A stretch of DNA of 62,983 bases, counting the filler. It is 10 parts of 10 records of this genome, joined end to end, with 100 filler letters (N's around TTAATTAATTAA, not from the genome) between each part and the next. Parts side by side here need not be neighbours in the genome. Positions count along the whole stretch, not along the records: positions 1 to 4,560 come from SRR15195285_262; positions 4,661 to 10,337 come from SRR15195285_263; positions 10,438 to 14,281 come from SRR15195285_265; 7 more parts are not named here. One strand, given 5' to 3'. The translations under genes and the position numbers were made by a program. The notes beneath the pieces are model-generated. The model made no database searches and was not told where the DNA came from. It saw nothing but the letters and a program-made list of their open reading frames with translations. Of the stretch, positions 1-10,659 are shown one piece after another; positions within the stretch are counted from its first letter, which is position 1; each line of letters begins with the position of its first letter.

Positions 1-185
1 CGCGCAGACTGACAGCTGGAATTCGGGAATGCAAACAGGGCCCCGCGCGAGTACCATCGATATCTGCGTGCGCCTAATATATGTCATATCTCTCCGTGGT
101 GTCGTCGAGACAGCCACGCGAGCCAGGCCGCAGCCACACTAGCCACCACAGCCATATGACTCACAGCCGCGGCCGCCGTGCGAGT

Positions 186-3100
186 ATGACGCTGGCCGGC
201 GTGCTCGTGCTGTCCTGCGCGGTGCTGAGCTTCCGCGGCGTTGAGGCCCGCCGCCGCTCAGCCAACGCGCCACGGCCGATCGGAGGCTGGCGACAGGCCG
301 AGGTGGTGGAAGGCCGGCCGAGCACCGTCAACTGTACGTGGGCGAACTTTTCGCAGAAAATCGATCACTTCGGTGACGCGCCCGGAACGTTTTCGCAGCG
401 CTACTGCATATATGACAAGTGGTGGCGCAACGCCGCACGTAGCGGATTCAAGGCGGACGCCGACGCACCCGGGCCGATACTGTTTTACACTGGGAACGAG
501 AGTCCGGTCGAGGAGTACATTAACAACACGGGACTCATGTGGGAGCTCGGCGAACAGATGGGCGCATTGCTGGTGTTTGCTGAGCACCGCTACGAGCCGC
601 TGAGCCACCCTGCCTTGTGCGGCAATGGCACACAAAAATGCTTCGCCTACTGCACGACAGCGCAGGCGAATGCAGACTGGGCTGCCCTGATCACGGAGCT
701 GCGCACAAAGCACACAGTTCGTGCCCCCGCAGTGGCATTTGGCGGCTCCTACGGTGGGATGCTCGCTGGCTGGTTCCGTATGAAGTACCCAGACATAATT
801 GACGGCGCGATAGCTGCCTCAGCCCCGATTTGGCAGCTTGCAGAGACCGTCGAGCGCGACACACTGGACATGCAGGCTGTTGCTATTACCCGTGGTACGA
901 ACTAACGCAACCAGACTTCATTTGAACAGAAATCTTCTCTATTGAACTGGAGTTTTGCATATGACACGCCAAATAGCTGACCAGCTGAAATGGTGTGCTT
1001 CGGACAGGCGTCTCGTCCGCTGGTGGAGCCACAGACCAATGTGCCGATAATCTGCGCGCTGCATGGCCGCTGTTGACTGAGGTCGGCCGGACTGCCCGCG
1101 GACTCTTTTTGCTCAGCGAGAGCGTTCAATCTTGTGCCGCCCTCCAGAGCCCTGAGGACCTGCCAGACTGGGCGCAGGGCGTCTTCTTCTTCATGGCTGA
1201 GGGCAACTATCCATTTCCAAGTACTTGTAAGCAACGCACAGTGCTACGATAGATTCAGATCTTGTCGGACATGGTTCCATTGCACTGTGACGACACGAGT
1301 TTGAGTTTTGCATGCCTGCGCGTGCTGTACTGTGCTGTGCTGTGCTATGCTGTTTAGACATCACCTACAGCTTGCTGCCTGGACATCCGACACCATTACC
1401 GGCTTGGCCGATGCGCGTTGCTTGTGAAGTGAGACAAGACAGGACGATGCCAGGATGCATTTGACCACGTGCTGCCTCTCTGACACCGAACCAGTTCCTA
1501 TCCTGCGCGCAACGTCTTCTGCACTCTTGTATGCCACCAATCATTTGCTGTCTGCACTCACACACGGATCGCTGTGGAATCTTACTGGTATGGCTGCAGG
1601 GCCTATCGAAGGACTTTGGGATCCGCACGAAAGGCTCCGTCCGAGACGTTAACTACACGGTCACACTTGGCGATATCGAAGTTGCGGTGGACTGGGCGAA
1701 CACTACTGGAAACGGCGAAAATTTGACAGCATCTCAGATTCGTGAGTAGTGGCACGCATCCACCCACATGCTAGACAGCAAACATTGTCAAATTACGCTG
1801 AGCGAGGCTTCCCTAGTCCAAGAATTTTGCATTGATCATTGATCATTGCAATGTAGGTGAGTCTGGTGTGCTGCAGCTGGCAGCCGCGGTAGCACAAGCG
1901 TACGTTCCTTTTTGATAATACACACATGCTCCTGCACAGTCCTCCGTACAATCGATATCTGTGCTGACAGTGGTTGATGTGGTTGCGATGCTATCGAATT
2001 TAGCGCTGGAGTCTGGCACAATCTCACGAAGGACAAGGACTGTTTCGATATAGAAGGCAGCATGGATAGCAAAGATACGGCAAGCGACTCGGTTACAACA
2101 ACGGCGCAGGCGCGCCAACACCGATCGCACATTCTCGCTGATGCGCGCGTGGCCACGGCAGAGCGTCGTGCAGACCTGGCAGAGCGGCGTGCGGAAAAGG
2201 CGGAAGCAGAGCTGGCTGCTTTGCTCCAGGCCAAAGCTGCCACAGTGGAGTTGAAGACTGCGATAATCACGGACACCGTGGCTAAAAGTGATGTGGTTAG
2301 AGGTATCAACCGTCAGCTGCTAGACCAGGCAGATGTCTCGACCACTGGAGCAACATCTACCGCCTCCAAGTCGGCCGCTTCCGTAGTCGGTTCCTGTCCT
2401 GCCTGCCCGCCATGTGATGACTGCCCTCCGTGCCCAGTCTCCTACTGCGACTGGGAAGATGAAGAGCCGTGCACATTCCCTGGACAACTCTCCAAGACCT
2501 TCTCTTGGGAAGGTACGCAGAGTAACTTAGCTATGTAGCTTCGTCTCTTCTTCGCTTGTCCAGTCGTCACTGACCGGCTGACTGATCAACAGATCGGCTA
2601 ATCGAGTTACTGGGGCTGTTCGTACAGGAATAGGCTGCAACGAAGCGTTGTCACAAATTGACATCAAAGGTGTTGGGCGCGATATCTTTTGGCCACCCGA
2701 GGTCCCGACACGCGACTACACCGTCGAGAGTATCGTGGGGCCACGTCACCTAAGCTCTTATGGCTGCGCGGAGGAGTACGCTGACATGGGACTTCGCGGC
2801 GCACCTATGGTCGGACTCTATGCCATTTCATGAGACAGTAGCCATGTTTTTGCCCAACCGTGTTTCCTTGCTCTGCCCGAGTATGAATCTATTCAAAGTG
2901 TATGTGTGCAACCACGCTATCTGAATCCCGTATTGGCGTATCTCCTTCTTGTCGCACGTGGTGATGGTCTAAACGCAGGTCTCCGATGCGTGGAGTGGGT
3001 GGATGACGGCCTACTACGGCGGACGCAACGTGTCCCATCACACCAATATCGTTTGGTCGAATGGGATGCTCGACCCATGGTCAGGACAGGGCGTGTACCC

Positions 3101-3393
3101 ACCGGGCGGGGGCACGCTCAAGGCAGGCAAAGGCGCGACAGTGCAAAATATCTCAGCTGATGGCTCTCAAATTGCAGTCAGTAACTAAGCCTTGTACCTT
3201 CGTCTCGTCTCTGTTTGTTAGTCGTCACTGACTGGATGGCTGGCCGCAGTTGATCCTTGACCTGGGGGCCCATCATTTGGATCTGATGTTCAGTGACGAG
3301 CGCAACCCACCATGTTTCACTGAGGCCCGAAAGATCGAGACCGAGATGCTATGGAAGTGGTGTCAGGAGGCATACGATGCCCATGCACCGTAG
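186..3393 (+). CDS. Serine peptidase S28 (lysosomal Pro-X carboxypeptidase/DPP2-like), multi-exon, signal peptide
   Basis: Motifs F.QKIDHF, FYTGNE, AEHRY, GGSYGG (catalytic Ser), NGMLDPW (Asp) and GAHHLDL (His). GT-AG introns at about 895-1007, 1227-1357, 1429-1599 and several later positions join the ORF fragments in frame. Stop TAG at 3391-3393. Confidence 0.92.
1323..1352. repeat. Imperfect (TGTGC)n microsatellite inside an intron
   Basis: tgctgtactgtgctgtgctgtgctatgctg lies directly upstream of the AG acceptor at 1356-1357. Confidence 0.7.
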
Positions 3394-3461
3394 GTCGGGC
3401 AACAATCTTAAGAAGAGCACCACGCGCGTTTGCACTGTAGGTGGTAGGGAGAGAGCAGTTT

Positions 3462-4508
3462 TTACTGAATGAACCGCAGCCAGTCCACAAACACCTCACC
3501 GTCGAGATTCAAGAAAATTGTCTCCCCGCTAAAGCTCGAACGCGCAGCCGTGAGATTCAATAGTGTCCAGTTCGCTGAGTGCACGCCGCTTGGCGTAGCC
3601 ACGATCGTCACAGCCTCGCTCGAAAATGCTGGCGCGTTCATCGTCACTGAGAGCTTGCGAGGGCCATCGGGTGGGCTGAATGGGTCAGTCAGTTTTGGAC
3701 TCCTGAACTTGATCTGCAGTACGCAGCCTGAGCTGCTTTGCGAAGAGCAGTCGGCATGCACATTGTCATACCGAGCCCAAGCCTTGCTGGAGAAGGGATA
3801 GTGTGCCGCGGGGCTGTTGCCGTCTGCACCCCCAATCCAGCTGGACCCGGTGCGCCATAGTCCATGCATGCGGTTGTAGCCTTCGGCTTGCAGCTTGCGC
3901 CCGCCTCGCATCGACTTAAGGTTCAGCACTGTCCTGTCCCAGAGAAAGTCATCTGTCAGCCCGATGTTCTCGGCATCGATCTCACGGAAGCCCAGTGCGT
4001 GCACAGGCGAGTCCGGGGCAGGCTTGTAGTCAGTGCACGACCGGTTCCAGGGATGGTCGATGCTCTCCTGTGAACGCATGAACAATGGGTCCTTGTCGCT
4101 CGCGTGCAGATCCCAGCCGTTGCCAGCCATAGATTCGTTGTTGGGGCAGCTGAAATGTGGATCTGTACATGGAGTGCCCTTCAGATCGTGACCATTTACG
4201 CCAAAGTAGGTATTGTAGTCTAGCACCTTCATAATCTTGTCATCCACCAACAAAGGTGGGAAGTCCGGTGGAGCTCCGTTTTCAAACCCGTAACCGTAGT
4301 AGGGTGCAAGGCCACAGTTTGCTGCGGTGCCGTTTCCTGCCAGCGTCTGGCTCGAATTGAACCTGATCACGTTGTCAAGCACTCCAGCAGGTGACGGTGG
4401 TGGAGGAGGCTGTCCAGCTGGCGGCGGTGGTGGGGTGGAGCCATTTATGAAGTCTGCACCTGTACTGGTCAGGTTGGCGAAGATATTGTTGGCGAAGACC
4501 ATGTTGGC
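3462..4508 (-). CDS. 3' exon of a right-handed beta-helix protein (GH141-like tail) with a C-terminal CBM6-like module; 5' part lost at contig end
   Basis: NNIF..., YNTYF and GWDLHAS.KDPLF...DYKPAPDSPVHALGFREID..NIGL match the usual beta-helix C-terminal cap. LQAEGY...WARYDNV...FVDWLRF resembles CBM6. A ctgcag acceptor precedes 4508. Confidence 0.65.
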   Translation of the reverse strand, partial: ANMVFANNIFANLTSTGADFINGSTPPPPPAGQPPPPPSPAGVLDNVIRFNSSQTLAGNGTAANCGLAPYYGYGFENGAPPDFPPLLVDDKIMKVLDYNTYFGVNGHDLKGTPCTDPHFSCPNNESMAGNGWDLHASDKDPLFMRSQESIDHPWNRSCTDYKPAPDSPVHALGFREIDAENIGLTDDFLWDRTVLNLKSMRGGRKLQAEGYNRMHGLWRTGSSWIGGADGNSPAAHYPFSSKAWARYDNVHADCSSQSSSGCVLQIKFRSPKLTDPFSPPDGPRKLSVTMNAPAFSSEAVTIVATPSGVHSANWTLLNLTAARSSFSGETIFLNLDGEVFVDWLRFIQ

Positions 4509-4534
4509 CTGCAGTCGTAGGTAGGCTCAAATGA

Positions 4535-4560
4535 CAGCAGCAGCAGCAGCAGCAGCAGCA
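4535..4560. repeat. (CAG)n tract at contig end
   Basis: Perfect CAG run up to the N spacer. Confidence 0.9.
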
Positions 4561-4660
4561 NNNNNNNNNNNNNNNNNNNNNNNNNNNNNNNNNNNNNNNN
4601 NNNNTTAATTAATTAANNNNNNNNNNNNNNNNNNNNNNNNNNNNNNNNNNNNNNNNNNNN
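4561..4660. other. Artificial contig spacer
   Basis: N44-TTAATTAATTAA-N44, giving stops in all six frames. Confidence 0.99.
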
Positions 4661-7643
4661 CACGGGCAAGCTCGACTTGGCGATGGACGTTCTGCAGCTT
4701 GTCATTGGCCAAGGTGAGTCTCCAGGTAGTGAGGCCCTCAGTGCGCTAATAATTGCACAGGCAAAGGTCTCAATCAAGAAATCGTTCAAGCTGCTGCAGT
4801 ACGGGTTGGAAGTGCCAGCTGCATCGATGCCATCTGCAGACGCAGTCGTGGCGTTTGCGCAGCACTGTGAAGCTGCCTCCATCGACATGCAAGCAGTGGA
4901 GAAAGTGGAGATGATTCTCACATCTATGCACGAGCGGGGATTCACAGTTACGAAGCAAGTTAAGACTGCGGTCCGAGCTCTGCGGCAATCGGCCGCAGCT
5001 GAGCTGGCCGAAGCCGAAGAGGCAGCGGCCGCTGTCGAGGCTAAAAAAGCGAAAGAGCGGGCACAGGCAGAAGAGCAGGCTCTAGCACTAACCAGGACAG
5101 AATCCTTTCCGCAGGACGATTCTACAGATTCGGACTTTGATTCTGAGAATGAGTGGAGCTCTGATGAGAACGAGGCGGGCTGGCTGAAGGAGGCTGAGAA
5201 GAGCCATACCGAAGCAGGATCGGTATCTAAAGCTGCCTCACCAGCGCCGCAGGTGATCGGTGAAACGGTGCAGCAGTTGTTTCGTGTTGTCGCGCCCGGC
5301 GGCGTTACCATGCGCGAAGGTTTTGCATTGGGCTCGAAAAACACTGAAACGCTGAGTTGCGGTGCTCTAGTTGAAGCGGTGGAAATGCGCGAAGGCGATT
5401 CTGGAATCGAAGCCGTGCGGTGCGCGCAAGGGTGGGCGAATACCGAAACTTCTGAGGGGTTGTCGCTGCTCGCCCGAGTAGATAGCGCAGAGAGCCCGTG
5501 GAGCATCGCCTCAGATGAGGCACCACTGCCAGTGGAGGATCTACAGGAAAGCAATGATCGCGGCGATCAGGACAGTCAGAGCGATTCGTTGGACTCACTA
5601 CACCTGGATAATGGCAGTGATGGAGAAGAGACGGCCACAACTGAGAGTACGCGCAGCCACAGCAGTGCAAGTACATCGTCCTCCAGATCTGGTTCGTCTC
5701 GCTCGTCTCGCACATCGAGCTCTTCACGCTCTTCGCGCTCCTCATCGTCGCGAGGTGGCAGCAGTAGCACATCGACCAGCACTGCGCTGACCACGACAGA
5801 TCAAGTGGAATCCTCCTCAGATGAGGACTGGGAATTGAACGAGTCTGGATTCCGCCACGTCAAGTGTATTGGCGCTGAGAGGATGGTCGATGAGAATCGC
5901 CAACCGTATGCAGTATACAGGTTTAGTGTCCAAGACGTTGCCCACGATGGAGTCACTAAAGGCAAGGCGTGGCGGATAGCGCGTCGGTTTGCAGCGTTCT
6001 TAGAGTTGCGGGAGACCCTGAAGTCACCTGATGTTTTGCCGGACGAGACTGCGCGCAACACAATCTTGCAGCTGCCATTTCCAAGCAAGTCTCACTCATT
6101 TGCTGACAAGCTTGACCCACGATTGCTGGATCAGCGAGCGGCAGGACTTCATCGATACATGCAAGGCGTACTGCGCTGGGCTGCACGCGGCGCCGTGGTG
6201 TCATTTCTGTACGACGATGGCTCTGACAATGCAGTGCTCGATATGGCAACGTCACACAACTTCATGACAGGTAGCGAGAGCGCCGGAATGCGATGGAGTC
6301 GACCACTGGTAGCAGGAAACCGGTCGCCTGCCGAAAAAAACAGCTTCTTCATCCGTGGCGTTGGACGTGGGACCCAGGACATGGTGCTTTCGGTGCTCAC
6401 ACCGCCTGGCTCAATAGTCACTGATCCTGGAACTGGCAAAGTGAGGTTCGCCGACTCGCCAAACACAGTGCAGCTGATTTCAAAGTCGGCACGAGGCCAC
6501 TTTCGCTCCTGTGTCTGCGACATGGACCATCGTTACGTGCAGCCTCCGAGTGAGCTGGCATACATCAAACGATCAAAAGATACGAATCCAACACGCAAGA
6601 GCCGCAAGAAGGAACAGAAACTGAACGGTGACCAAGGCTACAAGCTGCTGGTGTTCAGGCCGATGTGTGCCCTCGGCAGCTTACGCGATATGATCTTCCG
6701 ATCGCCAAGCCCGCTCGACCACCACAGTTTGAAGTACCGTGGGGTCGGCACGTGAGTAATTGCCTGTGCGCCTGCTTCGCCGTACCGGTTTCACTGATCG
6801 CCGAGCAGCTCGAGCACCTCGTGTTACATTGCTCCATCTGATAGCACAACGTCGTCTGTGGTACACCGGTGCTGCTGTGCGTTTCACTGCAGGCCGCTCC
6901 CTGAGCGACGAGTCTCGATGTATGGCCGACAGATCATCGAAGGCATGCTCTTTCTCACGAAGGTAGGGTTTGATGTCTCCGGGTGCCATGCGGGGAACAT
7001 CATGATGCGCAACGCCGACTGGTGTACCATCACAGAGTTTGAGAACGCTGCTCTGGGCTTGAAACCGCTCGGTGCGAAAGCGATGCTTCCAGCAGAAACC
7101 CGCTACAGCGACCTCACCACTCACCGGGCAGCCCACTTGCCATTTGCCCGCTGGCCACTTGCTCGTACAAGTGCTGACAAAATCATATGGCCGCTGTCGA
7201 ATGCCGCAGGAGCTAACGCCAATATCTCTTCGTCGAACAACCGGCCGGAGGTTGCTGCCTTCGGCATGGTTCTGTACGAAATGGCGTCCGGATACCAGCC
7301 CGCTGATATCGCGAGGGTGACTATCCCTCCCTGTGCCCTCACCGTGCAGGATGCTTTGCAATCTATCTTTCACCCAAAGGCCGCTGCTAGAGGTGCGACT
7401 GCAGCAGCGATGGCGGGCTTCAGTGGCGGTGGAGAGCAAATTGCTGCCGCGACACTTGGGCTTACGCTTGGGCAGGTGCTTAGCCTCGATCTTTTCGCAC
7501 AGTCCGATGGGCTGACGCCCTCTGGAAACTTCGACACGAACAAGGCGGCGCGGCTACGCAGGCGCTTAAAGAGAAGCATGCTTGCAGACGACAGGGGAGT
7601 ATCGGCTGCAGGCGACAACCAGCTGCTGGCGCTGGAGGCATAG
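4661..7643 (+). CDS. PX-domain protein kinase-like protein (PXK/Slob family pseudokinase) with long N-terminal extension; probably 5' truncated
   Basis: PX domain at about 5856-6210 (YAVYRF...RRFAAFLELR...LPFPSK...QRAAGLHRYM). PXK-like GSLRDMIF...KY...YGRQIIEGMLFL...HAGNIMM lacks the canonical HRD/DFG motifs. Intron 6752-6892 (GTGAGT...CAG) joins the two ORFs in frame. Confidence 0.8.
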
Positions 7644-7764
7644 CCAGTCGGGTGATATAATCAAGACAACTTGCCATGTCAGCACTCCATAACTGCTGGC
7701 TGCAACCTAGCGCAACAATATTATGAACAGTTCTCAACTGCTGTCCTAGCAAACAACGGAGCAC

Positions 7765-10337
7765 TCATCTAGCCTCTTCTTGCTCGAAGGGCGAATCCTT
7801 CGGTTCCTTCTCGAATGGCGTTTCATCAGCACCCATTTCTTCATCTAGCGGGTTGGCGAACGCAGCCTTCTGCAACCAAGATCAAGAGCAGTTGACAACG
7901 CGCACGAGATTAAGGCTGAGACTGGTTTTCTGAGCGCAGGGGAAAATAAAAGGCGCATCTCACCGCTTCCTCTGCTGCCTTCGCGGCAGCGGCTTCCTCT
8001 GCTGCCTTCGCGGCCGCTGCGTCCCGCTGCTCCTTCTCTTGCCTCTGCTGCTCCATTTCGTTCAGCGTTTGGATTTCTTTCAACTCGGCGTCCGTCTGCT
8101 CCATGAAGTCGTGGAACATCTGCAGGTTGAAGTCGCCAGTGTGCTTGTGATCCACGAGCTCAGCCAGTCTCTTAAACTCGTCATTTGAAATTATCACGTC
8201 GCGCTTTGCGAGACCGTGCTTCAACTCGAGGAAGTCCAACGTGCCACCGCCGTCTTCGTCCAGCTCGTTGAAGATGTCGGTAACCAGGGTTTTAATTGTC
8301 GGAGGGTCGGCACCAGGCGGAGCAGTCTCCCAGTACAATTCCATCGCCGGATCCATCAAGGCTTTTTTCACTTTCGCGCGCAGCTTGACTGCGTCCAGGG
8401 CTGATCTCCAATGATCGCCTTGCAGGTCATCGTCTGTCGCCTGCATGAAGTTCATCCACTCTTGCAAATCCAACGTCTTGTCCTGATTCGGGTCGATCAG
8501 CCGGCACACCTGCTTGAATTCATCCTTCTTAATGAAAATCCCAAACTCTGGCAGCCCGTTCTTCAGTTCTTGATAATCTAGGGTGCCGCCGCCATCCGTA
8601 TCAATCGTGTTGAAAGCAAACTTAGCAACTTCACCAGCCGTAATTTCGTCAGGGTCCCTACCTTGCTCGTGAGCGATCTTGATGCCGTAATGCATCATCG
8701 CCTGTCGCATCTCATTGCGCACGTTGATGATCTTTTGGCGCTCATGTGACACCTCGGCAATGAGGTCATCATCTCGCTCGAGAACGTTGGCCAGAAGGCA
8801 CTTGTATTTCGAGGCCATTGGCGCGAGAAAGAAGCTGATCAGAGCTGTGGGTGCAATCAGCAAAATGTTCCAAAGTACCATCGTCGGCCGGTTCGCTCCA
8901 GTAAGAGGGATGACAATGATCATGACACGCGCGAAGTAAAAGCTGAAATAAAAGCAGTTCAAAAGCAAGAACAATTCCTGCATGATGTCGAGCCGTTTCT
9001 TTTTGGCTGCAGGCAGAATCTCCTCTGCCCACTGCATCTGGGCACTGTGGCCGTGCTTTTTCTGACCCATGCCAGGCAGCTTTGTTCCGCCATGCTTGTG
9101 TGCATGTTCTTCTTCGTGGACTGCGACCTCTTCCTTCACCTGTGCTTCGGCACGGTCTAGCTTCTGCATGCCAGCCGCTTCCTTGCGTTTAATAGCAATG
9201 TTGTGCATGGCATCGACAACCTCCGGAAATTCTCCTCTCAACTCTTCCAACGATGCTGCGTTCAGCGTACAAACGGTGCAGACGTTCTTCGCTATCATGC
9301 TTTTTGACCGCGGGTCGCCAAGCAGCAACGACATCTCACCCAAGAAATTACCAGGGCCGAGTGTGGCCAGCACCGCTTGGGAGCTTTCGTCGACGATGTT
9401 CACGTTTCCCTCTACAATGAAGAACATCGAGTCACCTGGGTCACCTTCCTTGGCAAGCGCCGTGTTTGGGCTGTAGAAATCTACGTCAAGTTTCGTCGAG
9501 CACGCGGCGGCAAAGTCATCCCCGGCATCGGAGAAGACAGCCAGCTTGGGGATCTGCATCCGAACTTCGAGCTGGGCGTCCAGGTGTCTCAAGAACAGTG
9601 TCGCGGCAGCTGGCCGATCACAGCCCTGGTGGCGCAGCAGCGTATGAATCCCATTCTTGACGAAGTAAACTATATAGGCGTTGGCCAGTACCAACGACCA
9701 GCCGAAAAGCCCTGTCGCCAAAATTTGAACACCGGCGACTTCAGGCGTCAGCTCTTGCCCACCCGCACCATCTCCGCCGCCGCCGCCCAACTGCCGCCGC
9801 CGCCCAGTGGTACTGCCGTCTGCGCTACCGTCGTCGAGGTCGCCGTAGTATGACAAGAACCAGATATGAGCAAAACCGGCGTAGATGAGCATCATCGCGA
9901 TCACAATGGACCAAGTCAGCGGTCGGACTTCCAGCGAATGCGCCAGCGCGTCGTGCAGTTTGCTTCGCAAGTATTTCGTGTAGTCGAACTCAGCTGGGAG
10001 TGTAAAGTTGCGCAGGAAAATGCGCTGCATGATTTTCCACTCCAGGTCCTCGTATCCCACGTCCCAATACGGCACCAGAGTCATCCAGAACGGGAACCAG
10101 CTCCCCTTGTCATCCTCTCCCAGCTTCTCCTCGATAGCGTCAGCCACCTGGTCTGGGCGCATGCCCTCGGTCTCGTCCCCGTCGGCGTCTGCGTCGTCAT
10201 TGTCTGTCTCGCGGATATCGTCCGAGGCGATAAACCGTTCCGCCGCCGCTCCGAGACCCATCTGGCCTTTGAGAACCCGGGTCTCCACCCGGTGGCACAG
10301 TTTCTTGGTATCTGTGCTCGCTACACGGTCCCAGGTG
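7765..10337 (-). CDS. MLO-like multi-pass membrane protein with inserted cNMP-binding domain and four EF-hand-like motifs; 5' truncated
   Basis: FLRNF...EFDYTKYL...LEVRPLTW resembles MLO loop 2/TM4. CNBD at about 9218-9553 (EGDPGDSMFFIVEG...FLGEMSLL...PRS). TM6/TM7-like segments follow. EF loops are DTDGGGTLDYQE, DPNQDKTLDLQE, DEDGGGTLDFLE and a degenerate DHKHTGDF. Terminal intron at 7870-7963. Confidence 0.72.
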
Positions 10338-10437
10338 NNNNNNNNNNNNNNNNNNNNNNNNNNNNNNNNNNNNNNNNNNNNTTAATTAATTAANNNNNNN
10401 NNNNNNNNNNNNNNNNNNNNNNNNNNNNNNNNNNNNN
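10338..10437. other. Artificial contig spacer
   Basis: N44-TTAATTAATTAA-N44. Confidence 0.99.
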
Positions 10438-10464
10438 CAGCAGCAGCAGCAGCAGCAGCAGCAG
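10438..10464. repeat. (CAG)n tract at contig start
   Basis: Perfect CAG run. Confidence 0.9.
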
Positions 10465-10659
10465 AGGCAGCACTCGCGTGGTCGAGAAGGATGGGGGCCA
10501 AGACGTGATCGTGGTGCTTGAGCGCGCGGCTATGGTGGCATGGGCGGCACACGCGGTTGGGGGGTGCAGGTGTACGGGTAAGAGACCTACAGCACATTTG
10601 TTCAAAACCAATGCATTCCCATCATGCATATCCGTTGTGGCGCCTCTAGATCAGAGGAA

